Below are positions 37,058 to 46,852 of a stretch of DNA of 64,000 nt, piece by piece. Position numbers and translations under genes: made by a program. Position 1 is the stretch's first letter. Every line of letters begins with the position of its first letter. The stretch comes from a virus. Lineage: Duplodnaviria; Caudoviricetes. The DNA lies in the IMG/VR virus record IMGVR_UViG_3300033121_001133, positions 32,001-96,000 of that record; one strand, 5' to 3'. The notes under the pieces are model-generated. The model was not told the DNA's origin, did not search any database, and saw nothing but the letters and a program-made list of their open reading frames with translations.

Positions 37058-39460
37058 ATGGCCGACGCGATAATCTCCCCAGGAGTATTCACAAATGTGA
37101 AGGACCTAACCTTCCTTCCTACAGGGATTGCCTCTATTGGGGCTGCAATTATTGGCCCTACCACTAAGGGCCCTGCCTTCGTTCCCACGGTAATTACCAG
37201 TTGGGAAGATTTCAAGGCTCTATATGGTGGAACTAGCGATGATACGTACGTACCTCATGCTGTGAGGTCTTACATTCAATCTGCTGCATCGGTGACAGTG
37301 GTGAGGGTGGTTCAGGAAGGAGGCTATGTGGCTTCCCCTATCATCATCTCCTCTGGTAGCTATGTACTGTCAGTATTGGGATTGACCACAACTGTGGGGC
37401 AGTCAAGTGCTAGCTTGGCCAGTGTTAACTTCCAAGCCATCTCTAGCGTATCGGCCTCATTCAGCGCTTCTGTGGTAATTGCCGGTGATAGCTCTAGCTT
37501 CACAGCCAGCTTGCTACCATCACAACCTAATTCTCTGATCAATCTATTCGGTGCTGGAGTTAATAGCACTAAGGATCTGTATAGCTACATCTGGGCTGGC
37601 GATTACATCACAAGGAATTCCTCAAGCATTACAGGGTTTACTGTTAACAGCAACACTCCTCTATCCTTTACTGGATCGTTTGGACAAGTCCGCGCTGCTG
37701 CAACCCCTTGGATCACCTCTCAGTATATGGAGGGAACCACCGGCACTAACCTATTCAAGGTGCACGCACTATCTGATGGTGATGCTAGCAACAGGTCGGT
37801 TAAAATTAGCATTGTCAATACAGCGTTGCCTGGTCAAATCACCGGTACCGACTACGGCTCATTCAATCTACTAGTCCGCACATTTGACGACACAGACCAG
37901 CGTCCGGTGGTATTGGAGACCTTTGCTAACTTGAACCTCGACCCTAACTCGCCAAATTACATTGCGCGTAGGATTGGAGACAAGCACCGTACAGCTACAA
38001 ACGAGGGACTGGTAACTGCAACCGGGGATTACGACAACGTGTCCAAGTATATCAGAGTGACTGTGCACGCTGACGTTGCTAGTCAGGCAATCACTCCTGC
38101 AGTATATCCTTTCGGATTCCGTGCCGTACTAAATCCTCTGCCAGGTACTTTGTACGTGGTGCCACCTGTAATGGTGACAAACAGCGGATCTGGAGTAGCA
38201 GGCTACATCAGCGCAACTCTGAACAACACTGAGATTAACGGAAGCTATAACAAGAAGGCTTTCTACGGTTGGAGCTACGGTACTGATGACAATGAGAACT
38301 TCCTAAAGGCTATTCCTTCTGCAAGTGCTGCTCACCCATCAGGCGCTTTCAACCTAAGCAGCTGCTACATTCACCCTGACAATACTGCTGTAGGCACAAG
38401 CTCTACCTTCGCAGCTTCGAGAATCATCTCCGCTTCCGTATTCACTGGAGCAGACGTGGCAAATACTCTGAGGTTCACCGTTCCTCTACAGGATGGTTGT
38501 GATGGTATGGATGCAGCTATTCCAAAGAACGTGGGAGCAGACATCACAGGTCAGAATGTATTTGGAATGAACTGCTCTTCAGTAGCAGCTTCAGGATCAG
38601 TGGCATATATCAAGGCGCTGAATGTGTTGAACAATAAGGAGGAGTACGACATCAATCTGATTTCTATGCCAGGTTTGAACGCTAACTCTCACCTTCCAAT
38701 CATTGAGAAGGCAATTGAGGTTGCTGAGGACCGTGGTGATGTGTTCGTAACCATTGATCCAATTGCACTAGGTACCGATAATGGCGTAGCTGATGCAATC
38801 AGCGCAATCGCTAATGGTAATTTTGATGCTAACGTTGCTGCAACTCACTGGCCTTGGATTAAGATCAAGGACGTTGATCGCAATAAGTTCATCTGGGTGC
38901 CCGCATCAGCATGCGCTCCACAGGTATTTGCACAGAATGACACTATTGGATATGAGTGGATGGGTCCTGCTGGTCTGACTCGTGGTGGTATCCTAGGAGC
39001 TGTTGACGTGGAATACAAGCTAACTCAGGCTCAGCGCGATGAACTATATCAAGCACGAATCAATCCAGTGGCAAACTTCCCAGGTCAGGGAGTGACTTTC
39101 TGGGGTCAGAAGACTCTGCAAGCACTTCCATCCGCCTTGGATAGGATCAACGTAGTCCGACTGTTGATTGCTTTGAAGAAGTACATCGCAAGCGCGTCTC
39201 GTTATCTGGTGTTTGAAAACAACACAACTCAGACTCGTGCAAGGTTCGTTAACATTGTAACTCCTTACCTTGAGACTGTTAAAGCTCGCCAAGGTTTGTA
39301 CGCCTACAAGGTTGTAATGGACGAGTCAAACAACCCAGCCAGCGTAATTGATGCTAATGAGTTGAAGGGAGATATCTTCCTGCAACCGGCAAAGGCTGCA
39401 GAATTCATCAGGCTTGACTTCAATGTTCTGCCTACTGGAGCATCTTTTGTTAACGGTTAA
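37058..39460 (+). CDS. gp18: Tail sheath protein
   Basis: ISPGVF, GPTTKGP, PAGLTRG, WGQKTL, DRINV.RL, FENN. Confidence 0.95.
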   Translation: MADAIISPGVFTNVKDLTFLPTGIASIGAAIIGPTTKGPAFVPTVITSWEDFKALYGGTSDDTYVPHAVRSYIQSAASVTVVRVVQEGGYVASPIIISSGSYVLSVLGLTTTVGQSSASLASVNFQAISSVSASFSASVVIAGDSSSFTASLLPSQPNSLINLFGAGVNSTKDLYSYIWAGDYITRNSSSITGFTVNSNTPLSFTGSFGQVRAAATPWITSQYMEGTTGTNLFKVHALSDGDASNRSVKISIVNTALPGQITGTDYGSFNLLVRTFDDTDQRPVVLETFANLNLDPNSPNYIARRIGDKHRTATNEGLVTATGDYDNVSKYIRVTVHADVASQAITPAVYPFGFRAVLNPLPGTLYVVPPVMVTNSGSGVAGYISATLNNTEINGSYNKKAFYGWSYGTDDNENFLKAIPSASAAHPSGAFNLSSCYIHPDNTAVGTSSTFAASRIISASVFTGADVANTLRFTVPLQDGCDGMDAAIPKNVGADITGQNVFGMNCSSVAASGSVAYIKALNVLNNKEEYDINLISMPGLNANSHLPIIEKAIEVAEDRGDVFVTIDPIALGTDNGVADAISAIANGNFDANVAATHWPWIKIKDVDRNKFIWVPASACAPQVFAQNDTIGYEWMGPAGLTRGGILGAVDVEYKLTQAQRDELYQARINPVANFPGQGVTFWGQKTLQALPSALDRINVVRLLIALKKYIASASRYLVFENNTTQTRARFVNIVTPYLETVKARQGLYAYKVVMDESNNPASVIDANELKGDIFLQPAKAAEFIRLDFNVLPTGASFVNG

Positions 39461-39486
39461 TACTTATCCTAAAGAGACCATAACCC

Positions 39487-39975
39487 ATGCCAAACCTAGT
39501 CGATAATAGTGAGATTTTCTTCACTCCCTTTGAACCAAAGGTTCAGAATCGATTCTTCCTCTATCTAGACGGAGTGCCATCCTTCTTGTGTAAGAAAGTG
39601 CAACGTCCAACCATCGATTGTGGTGAGGTTGTTCTGGATCACATCAACGTGCTGCGTAAGCTGAAGGGTAAATGTAAGTGGAGCGACATCAACCTAACCC
39701 TCTACGATGCAATTGTTCCTTCGGGAGCGCAAGCGGTAATGGAGTGGGTGAGAACCTCACATGAGTCTGTAACTGGAAGAGATGGATATGCTGACTTCTA
39801 CAAGAAGAACTTTGACTTGGCAGTATTAGGTCCGGTTGGTGACAAGGTTGAAAATTGGAAGATTGTAGGGGCTTATGTCAAGACTGCAGCGTTCGGTGAT
39901 ATGGATTGGTCAACCGAAACACAGGTGGAGATAGCACTAACCATAGCTATGGACTACTGCATTCTGGAATACTAA
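39487..39975 (+). CDS. gp19: Tail tube protein
   Basis: 162 aa after the sheath gene, with FEPKVQNRF and LGPVGDKVENW. Confidence 0.88.
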   Translation: MPNLVDNSEIFFTPFEPKVQNRFFLYLDGVPSFLCKKVQRPTIDCGEVVLDHINVLRKLKGKCKWSDINLTLYDAIVPSGAQAVMEWVRTSHESVTGRDGYADFYKKNFDLAVLGPVGDKVENWKIVGAYVKTAAFGDMDWSTETQVEIALTIAMDYCILEY

Positions 39976-40036
39976 GAGAATCATATCAAATACACGCTGC
40001 TAATTTAACCTCCCCACTGCTGAACCCAGTGGACTA

Positions 40037-40062
40037 GGAAGCCCCCGCAAGGGGGTTTTCTT
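40037..40062 (+). terminator. Intrinsic terminator
   Basis: GAAGCCCCC-GCAA-GGGGGTTTTC stem with a GNRA loop. A second hairpin CCACTG/CAGTGG lies just upstream. Confidence 0.85.
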
Positions 40063-40127
40063 ATTACCCGGCTAGGTACCTAAAGATTCTTTGCAGGAGA
40101 CTATGTATAGGAAATAGGTTACTAATC

Positions 40128-40991
40128 ATGTCTAAAGTTGTATCCGACGGACCTCCACAAGCAAGAGTTCCAATTTCTGACGAAGAGCTAAAGGCTAAGT
40201 TTCTACAGGAGGCTGCCCAGAATCTGAAACCTTCTCCAGCAAGTGTGCCAACTGAAATAATCGAGCTTCCGTCGCGTGGAATGTTTTATCCCGAAGGCCA
40301 TCCCCTAACTAGTGGGAAGATCGAGATGAGGTATATGACTGCGCGAGATGAGGATATCCTCTCTTCCCAGACCCTAATCAAGCAGGGTTTGGTGGTTGAT
40401 AGGCTGCTGCAAAGCCTGATTGTTACTCCAGTCAATTATGATTCGATTCTATCGATCGACAAAGGAGCAATCTTCATCGCAGCAAGGATACTTGCCTACG
40501 GTAAGGATTATGAGGTGGAGATTACCTGTCCTAATTGCGGGGAGAAGGAGAAGAAAGTGATCGATTTGCAGCAGTTTGATGATAAGCAGGTAGATTGGTC
40601 TGCCTTTACTCAAGGTCAAACTACCCACACTTTCACTCTGCCTACTGGCAAACAGGAACTTACGCTGAAGTTTCTTACTCATGGGGATGAGAAGCGCATT
40701 GAAGCGGATCTTTTAGGTCTGCGAAAGCTGTCTAAACTGACTGGAGTGGATCCTGAGTTAACAACTCGACTGAGGCATATCATCGTTGCCGTCAATGGAG
40801 ATAGCTCTCAGGGAGCAATCACCAAGTGTATAGATGAGATGCTGTCTAGAGATTCTCTAGCTCTTCGTCATCACCTGAAGGCGGTTACTCCTGATCTTGA
40901 TACCAGAATCGATTTCACCTGCTCTAGCTGCGGCCATGAGCAACAAATGAACTTGCCTATCGGCATTTCCTTTTTTTGGCCTGGGGCTTGA
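40128..40991 (+). CDS. Tail/baseplate assembly chaperone (gp26-like)
   Basis: ELPSRGMFY, MTARDEDIL, two CxxC, ends SFFWPGA. Confidence 0.8.
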   Translation: MSKVVSDGPPQARVPISDEELKAKFLQEAAQNLKPSPASVPTEIIELPSRGMFYPEGHPLTSGKIEMRYMTARDEDILSSQTLIKQGLVVDRLLQSLIVTPVNYDSILSIDKGAIFIAARILAYGKDYEVEITCPNCGEKEKKVIDLQQFDDKQVDWSAFTQGQTTHTFTLPTGKQELTLKFLTHGDEKRIEADLLGLRKLSKLTGVDPELTTRLRHIIVAVNGDSSQGAITKCIDEMLSRDSLALRHHLKAVTPDLDTRIDFTCSSCGHEQQMNLPIGISFFWPGA

Positions 40992-41190
40992 GCACCGACG
41001 TGTGCTCCACGACCAGATATTTGACCTGATGTACTATGGCAACATGGGGTGGACTTACTCCGAGCTGTATGATCTACCAACTTACTTGCGTAAGTACTTC
41101 TTACTGAGGTTGGTTGATACTAGAAATAAGGAAGCCGAGGAGGCTAAGAAGAAGGCTAAGCCAACCTCCTCGAAGAGGGTTGTGAGCTAA
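40972..41190 (+). CDS. gp51-like ORF, probably expressed as a frameshift extension of the gp26-like gene
   Basis: The +1 frame is open from 40951 through the T7 run. Contains the WTYSELYDLP.YLR motif and has only a GTG or internal ATG start. Confidence 0.65.
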   Translation, partial: FFGLGLEHRRVLHDQIFDLMYYGNMGWTYSELYDLPTYLRKYFLLRLVDTRNKEAEEAKKKAKPTSSKRVVS

Positions 41191-41233
41191 CTAGGCTTTC
41201 TAACTGCGGTATATTTATAGGAAACTGAGATCT

Positions 41234-41539
41234 ATGTCTCTGCGCAAAATCATACAGAACATGATTAGGGAGGAGTATGATGAGTTGGTCAAGGACAATC
41301 AGATCAAGGAGGGTATAGTGTCTTGGGCAGGTGGAGTTGCTGATAATGTCTTGTATAGCATTATCAACAACTACAAGAGTATCAGGCAGACGGACATATT
41401 TAAGGACCCTAAGATCCGAGGCCTAGCTAGGACCTTGAAGATTAGTCAGAAGGAGTTAGAAGATAGAGTATCTAAGCTAGTTAAGAAGGATAGAGCCTTT
41501 CTTAAAGCCCTCGCCACTCAACGATATACAAAGCGATGA
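41234..41539 (+). CDS. Small hypothetical protein with LRKII..IREE leader
   Basis: TATTTATA at 41212. Confidence 0.6.
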   Translation: MSLRKIIQNMIREEYDELVKDNQIKEGIVSWAGGVADNVLYSIINNYKSIRQTDIFKDPKIRGLARTLKISQKELEDRVSKLVKKDRAFLKALATQRYTKR

Positions 41540-41546
41540 TTGATGG

Positions 41547-44500
41547 ATGGCGGATAAGGAGCAACCACAAGATCCGAATAAGAAGCCGATTCGAGAGGTA
41601 GGGGCTGAGCTGGGTGCGGACTTATCTAGGGCAATGGTCGCTGCCATAAACAAGACCATCGCAGCAACCAAGTTCAACAGCCTCAACAAAGCCCTAATCA
41701 AAGGGCTTGGCACCATTGATGTGTCGAAGGCTCTTGATTTTAGTGGGGTAGAGAAGGCTATGATAGCCGCTCTAAAGGTTGACATGACTGCAGTTGGCGG
41801 TAGCATCAAGGATGCCATCAAGTCTCAGGGACCAATAAACGCTTCGGATCTAATTGATCTATCCGGTCTCCAAGAAGCCGCCCGCAGCGCAGCGAGGGTA
41901 CCCAAGCCACCCACTCCAGATAGGACCTTATCGGGATCTGTGGGGGAGGACTTTAGTGATGCTCTAGTCGATCAGCAACTTCTGGTTCAGCGAGAGTTTT
42001 TAAGCCTGCAGAATGATGTTAAGGCTACCTGGGATCAAATTAGCCAAAAGGTGCAAGCCTATGGTTCCCTATTAGAGGAGTCAGAAGGGCATCAGCTGAA
42101 GACTATCACCAGTTTGAATCGAATTCATGACCTGTCAACCAGGTTAGGTAAGAGTCTGGAGCAGCAGGAGGTTCGTGAGAGGTTGGTAAAACTGAGTCGT
42201 GCCGAACAACTGGCAATATACACTTCAGCGATTAAGCTACAGCGGCAGGAGTGGAGTATGGCTGAGAACTTAGGTGACCTCTACGAGCAAAGGTTGCAGT
42301 TGCAGAATAGGTTTAAGACTGGTCTGACAGGAGCATTTGCTTTACAGGCGACCGAGCTTGGCCTGTTAAAAAGAAAGGGCATCCTAACAGAGGCCGAGTT
42401 TCAAAATGCTCTGAGGCAGCTGAAGACTCAGCAGCAGATCCAGCAGGAGGGGCAGAAGGGATTAGATAAATTGGAGGCTCGAATTGTACGAGAAAGGGAG
42501 CTGAAGGATCTGATTAAGGAGTATAATGCACAGAGTGAGATACGTGAGAAGTTAGGTTCTCATCAGCATCATCTAAGCGAGCAACTTGTTCAGCAGGGTA
42601 TGCAGTATGAGGGTGTACAGAAGGACATTGCAGCTATGCTGGAGCAGGAGGATCAGACTACAGCTGACTTGCTGCTGAAGAAGGTAATGGTTGGTACCGG
42701 GTTAAAGGACCAATATGCTCAGCTACTTACTACCCTAATGCTGGAAAAGCAGATTACTAATCTGCAAGATCCTCGAGTTGCCTCTCTAGTACGGGAGATG
42801 AAGCATAGGCAGCATATCAATGAGCATCTGCAACATCAGGTTGAACTAGAGGAGTCAATGGCTCATTGGCAACTGGAACTGTTGGAAGAACTAGAGGAGT
42901 ATGGTAAGGGTTGGGAGAAGTTGAAGAGTAGGGTGTTAGCGGTCGTTTCTGATCCCAAGTTGCTAAAGAGCTTCCTGACAGTTAAGGGCCTTGAGGCTAT
43001 AAAGGAGAGTCTTGAGGAGACTAAGGAGATTTTCGGTGAGTTCCGCAGCGAAGGTCTGACCTTTGCTCAATCTTTCCATGAAACACAAGTTGCTCTAGGA
43101 TCCATGTTCAGTCTGAGCGGTGCCTCAATGGAGGAGGCCGCTCATATTCAAGGTGCGTTGGTTAAGGAGATGGGTAGCATGGACAACGTGACTAAGGATA
43201 CTGTGGTCAGTGTTGGTAAGCTATCCAAGACTCTAGGGATAAGTGCACAGATGGCAGGACAATTGCAGGGTCAGTTGGCCAGCATGCCATTAGCTACAGC
43301 AGAATCAGCCACAGATACGCTAGAATTTGCAGGTGCCTTGGCCAAAGCAGCTCACGTCGCACCAGGTGCGGTGATGGAGGATATTGCACACAATGCAGAG
43401 GCTACAGCGACCTTCTCTAAAGACGGAAGTAAGAACATCGCAATTGCTGCTGTAGCTGCAAAGAAGCTTGGTGTTGAGTTTGGGTCAATCGTTAAAATGG
43501 CCGATGGACTGTTGAATTTTGAGAACTCGATCAACAAGCAGCTAGAAGCTAGCGTCCTACTAGGCAGAGAGATCAACCTCGATAGAGCTCGCGAACTAGC
43601 CTTGAATGGGGATTTGGTAGGAGCTACTCAAGAAATGCTCGCCAACGTGGGAGGAGAAGCAGAATTCAACCGAATGAATGTGCTTCAAAGAAAGGCTCTG
43701 GCAGATTCAATGGGGGTTTCGGTGCAGGAGCTGTCTAAGATGGTTAAAAACCAGGACAAGCTCAACACATTGACAGAGGATCAGCAGAAGGCCTTGGCCG
43801 AAGGTTCCATGACCTGGGATGAGATCCTAGGTAATGCCCAAGGTGTGGGATCCCGCCTATGGGAGGGAGCCAGTGCCGCTGGAGCTTTGCTGATCAATGT
43901 TCAGGCAATTGGATCTGGTTTGAAAGCATCTGTTGACACAGCCAAGGATATGTGGGCTGGTTTCAAAGAGGGTGCTGGATTGCTTGGTAAGTTGAAGGGC
44001 GCTGTTTCTGGAGCATTTGGCAACACCCCAGAGGTAACCACCCCAGCCAAGAGTATGGAGGGCGTTTCTAAGACAGCCGAGCATACAGCTAAGCTAGGAA
44101 AGGCTGCAGAACAAGGACCAAAAGCTAAATCTGGTCAGGGAGTTAGAGATTTCCTGACCAACCTATCAGCTGGATTGAGGTCTATGGCTGGTGGAGATGT
44201 ACTATTTGGAGCAGCGAACATGATACCAGCTTCTGTAGGTTTGACTGCAATGATCCCAGGTGCTGTTGGAGCTAAGGTATTGGAGATGATTAAGGGGGAG
44301 AAGCTGCAACAAGCCTTGCAAGGATTGGCAACAGGACTGGAGGCAATGAGTAAGGGTAAAGTTGCTCTAGGATCTCTAGTACTACTACCAACCGCACTAG
44401 GATTCGCAGCAATGACTGCAGGAGCTATAGGCTTGGGTGCAGTAGCTCTACTAGGTGCACCAGCTGGATTAGGCCTATCGGCTATATCTACAGGTCTATC

Positions 44501-45362
44501 GGCTCTAGGATCGTCAGGAGCCTTAAAGGGGGTATTGGTATTGGGTTTGATGGGCGCAGCTCTAATTCCAGCTGCATACGCATTCTCACTGTTGAAGGAG
44601 GTGGACGTCGATAAGATGGTTGCTTTCAGCATCGCACTACCTCTGCTAGGATTAGCTGCAGCTGGATTAGGAGCACTTTCCGTTCTAATACTGATGGGCG
44701 CTGTCTCAATAGGAGCGATTGGAGCGTCAATGATTGCGGTTGCTGTTGCGATGATGTTGTTTGAGAAGGCTGAGGGTGGCATCAACGTTCTACGTCAATT
44801 TACCTCCTCCTTGATAGCGGACGCTGCAGCCATACCTCTGATGGGTATGCTAGGAGCTGGTCTGGCTGCGCTTGGAGTTAGTGCGTTATTGGCCGCGCCA
44901 GGCCTTGGATTGCTGAGCTTGGTGCTACCGGGACTTGCCGGATCCGTAGCATTGCTGGGATCCTCCTTCATGGTACTACAGAGTGGTGTAAGTCCGGTCA
45001 TCGATCAGTTGACTTCACTAGTCAGCTTAACTCCAGGCCTGTATGGTGTAGGAGGTGGATTGATGAGCATTGCAGCTGGACTGAGTGCCGTAGCCGCAGC
45101 AGGCTTACTAGCGCTTCCAGCTTTGGTTGGCATTGACAGCATAGCTGATACCTTTATAGGTCTAGGTGGATCAACAGGAGGTGGGTCAAGCACACAATCC
45201 ACCGAAGTTGATACTGAGGCCGTAGAACAGAAGCTAGACCTACTTATCCAGGAGGTACGCACCCTGGTTGAAGTTGCCTCTAAGGGAGGTGTGGTTAATT
45301 TGGATGGCCGAAGAGTGGGTGATGTGCTGCGGTTAGGACTAAACTCTAGTGGAATGAGATAG
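41547..45362 (+). CDS. Tape measure protein
   Basis: 1271 aa, helical, with an Ala/Gly/Leu-rich hydrophobic C-terminal third. Follows the tail chaperones. Confidence 0.85.
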   Translation: MADKEQPQDPNKKPIREVGAELGADLSRAMVAAINKTIAATKFNSLNKALIKGLGTIDVSKALDFSGVEKAMIAALKVDMTAVGGSIKDAIKSQGPINASDLIDLSGLQEAARSAARVPKPPTPDRTLSGSVGEDFSDALVDQQLLVQREFLSLQNDVKATWDQISQKVQAYGSLLEESEGHQLKTITSLNRIHDLSTRLGKSLEQQEVRERLVKLSRAEQLAIYTSAIKLQRQEWSMAENLGDLYEQRLQLQNRFKTGLTGAFALQATELGLLKRKGILTEAEFQNALRQLKTQQQIQQEGQKGLDKLEARIVRERELKDLIKEYNAQSEIREKLGSHQHHLSEQLVQQGMQYEGVQKDIAAMLEQEDQTTADLLLKKVMVGTGLKDQYAQLLTTLMLEKQITNLQDPRVASLVREMKHRQHINEHLQHQVELEESMAHWQLELLEELEEYGKGWEKLKSRVLAVVSDPKLLKSFLTVKGLEAIKESLEETKEIFGEFRSEGLTFAQSFHETQVALGSMFSLSGASMEEAAHIQGALVKEMGSMDNVTKDTVVSVGKLSKTLGISAQMAGQLQGQLASMPLATAESATDTLEFAGALAKAAHVAPGAVMEDIAHNAEATATFSKDGSKNIAIAAVAAKKLGVEFGSIVKMADGLLNFENSINKQLEASVLLGREINLDRARELALNGDLVGATQEMLANVGGEAEFNRMNVLQRKALADSMGVSVQELSKMVKNQDKLNTLTEDQQKALAEGSMTWDEILGNAQGVGSRLWEGASAAGALLINVQAIGSGLKASVDTAKDMWAGFKEGAGLLGKLKGAVSGAFGNTPEVTTPAKSMEGVSKTAEHTAKLGKAAEQGPKAKSGQGVRDFLTNLSAGLRSMAGGDVLFGAANMIPASVGLTAMIPGAVGAKVLEMIKGEKLQQALQGLATGLEAMSKGKVALGSLVLLPTALGFAAMTAGAIGLGAVALLGAPAGLGLSAISTGLSALGSSGALKGVLVLGLMGAALIPAAYAFSLLKEVDVDKMVAFSIALPLLGLAAAGLGALSVLILMGAVSIGAIGASMIAVAVAMMLFEKAEGGINVLRQFTSSLIADAAAIPLMGMLGAGLAALGVSALLAAPGLGLLSLVLPGLAGSVALLGSSFMVLQSGVSPVIDQLTSLVSLTPGLYGVGGGLMSIAAGLSAVAAAGLLALPALVGIDSIADTFIGLGGSTGGGSSTQSTEVDTEAVEQKLDLLIQEVRTLVEVASKGGVVNLDGRRVGDVLRLGLNSSGMR

Positions 45363-45363
45363 A

Positions 45364-46554
45364 ATGCCAGATCAGCAAATACCATATTCACCTCAGCCGT
45401 TCGATTTCCGGCCGGAGTTTACCACCCCAGTACTAAATGTGTTGAGGTATCAGGCTGATGCTTTACTGGCGCTAACCCTTCCTAAGGTTAAACATGGTAC
45501 GGCAGAGCTAATACCGCCTACCTACGCTCAGAATTTCCAATCTGATCAGGGAACAGTGCTAGCATTAAAGCCGTTGATCGGTAGCACAGCATTCTTTCAA
45601 ACGGGTCAGACTCAGATATCTGGTAGAACGTCCTCAATTCAGCTTCTTAGTCCAAAGGCGTCAAAGTCGAGGTGGTCAAGTGCTGGTGGATCTGTCTATC
45701 CGATTGACTACAAGCCTAGCGGTCAGTATGACTCTGAGGGTCGTTCTATTCTCGATAGCTTGAGTGGGGCAGGACGAGGTGGTCAAGATACCAGCCCTCA
45801 GTCAGCAGCGTTGGAAGCCAACACAATAGGTAGATTCAAGCCAATTGGAGATGTAGGCTCTATTGGGCGATATCGCACACTATCCTATGCGGAGCTGCAG
45901 CGCGCCCCCCGTGCAACAGTTAATCCTATAATACACACTGGCACTGTTCAAACTCGTGGAGTTTCTGATGTAGGGCTTGATAAGGACTTTGTTGATCTAG
46001 TCATCAACAACATTCGATTTAGAGCTTACTTAACCAGCTTCACCGACACTTTCAATCCTCAGTGGACTGACTTACAGTATATTGGACGTCAAGACGTTCT
46101 CAAGGTGTTTCGCGGGGTGTCTCGTACAGTGTCTCTAGGCTTTAAGACTGCTGCATTTACTAAGGGGGATCTCAAACTAATGTATAGTAAGATCAACGAT
46201 CTAATCAACACAAGTGTTGTAGGTAAGATTGACCCTCTATTTGTTAGATCCCCATTCAGCCAGATAACTCTAGGCAACTGGTTTATCAAAACCCCTTGTG
46301 CGATCACCAGCATTAAGATAGACAGCCAGCCTTCGGAGTATTCCTGGGATGTAGGGGATGTGCGCAGTAGAGGAGGATCCCTAGGTGAGGCACCCCTACC
46401 AAGCTCAGCCGGCTTAGAGGACGATCAGGCTAATTCCAAACAGATGCCTATGATCTTGGATATAGCGATGGAGTTGGCTATATTAGGGGATGCTAATGGA
46501 AGAGTGTTGGGTGATACCACTAACAATATGTTCAGCGGAATACAACAGCTATGA
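45364..46554 (+). CDS. Baseplate tail-tube initiator-like protein
   Basis: FRAYLTSFTDTF..QW..YIGR tube-fold segment, after the tape measure gene. Confidence 0.65.
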   Translation: MPDQQIPYSPQPFDFRPEFTTPVLNVLRYQADALLALTLPKVKHGTAELIPPTYAQNFQSDQGTVLALKPLIGSTAFFQTGQTQISGRTSSIQLLSPKASKSRWSSAGGSVYPIDYKPSGQYDSEGRSILDSLSGAGRGGQDTSPQSAALEANTIGRFKPIGDVGSIGRYRTLSYAELQRAPRATVNPIIHTGTVQTRGVSDVGLDKDFVDLVINNIRFRAYLTSFTDTFNPQWTDLQYIGRQDVLKVFRGVSRTVSLGFKTAAFTKGDLKLMYSKINDLINTSVVGKIDPLFVRSPFSQITLGNWFIKTPCAITSIKIDSQPSEYSWDVGDVRSRGGSLGEAPLPSSAGLEDDQANSKQMPMILDIAMELAILGDANGRVLGDTTNNMFSGIQQL

Positions 46555-46850
46555 ACCGATATCAGGGAGTAAAAACCAAGCGAGATGGTCAGGGTAGAGT
46601 CCTCCTGAAGACGGTGATTTATCCTGATATCCCAAGGACCTCGGAGGATCTCTGGGTTCAGACTGATTCTGGAGATAGGTTGGACTTGTTAGCTCATCAA
46701 TACTACGGAAACGCTCACTACTGGTGGATATTAGCTCAGGCAAATGGCTTGGGTAAGGGAACCTTAGCAATCGAACCTGGGACCCAACTACGCATTCCCG
46801 CTAACCTTGCTGGGATACTAGAGCAGCATAGAAGGGATAATCAACAATAG
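46551..46850 (+). CDS. LysM-like baseplate wedge protein (gp53/gpX-like)
   Basis: GDRLDLLAHQYYG...WWILAQAN...GTQLRIP. Confidence 0.85.
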   Translation: MNRYQGVKTKRDGQGRVLLKTVIYPDIPRTSEDLWVQTDSGDRLDLLAHQYYGNAHYWWILAQANGLGKGTLAIEPGTQLRIPANLAGILEQHRRDNQQ

Positions 46851-46852
46851 CC

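Noticed and set aside
39976-40127. tRNA or ncRNA in the intergenic gap
   Set aside because: It is explained by a hairpin, a terminator and a late promoter. No cloverleaf or T-loop was seen here or elsewhere in the window.
44135-45391. Long minus-strand ORFs (also 23179-23670)
   Set aside because: They are antisense shadows of low-complexity tape measure and scaffold coding sequence, with no motifs.
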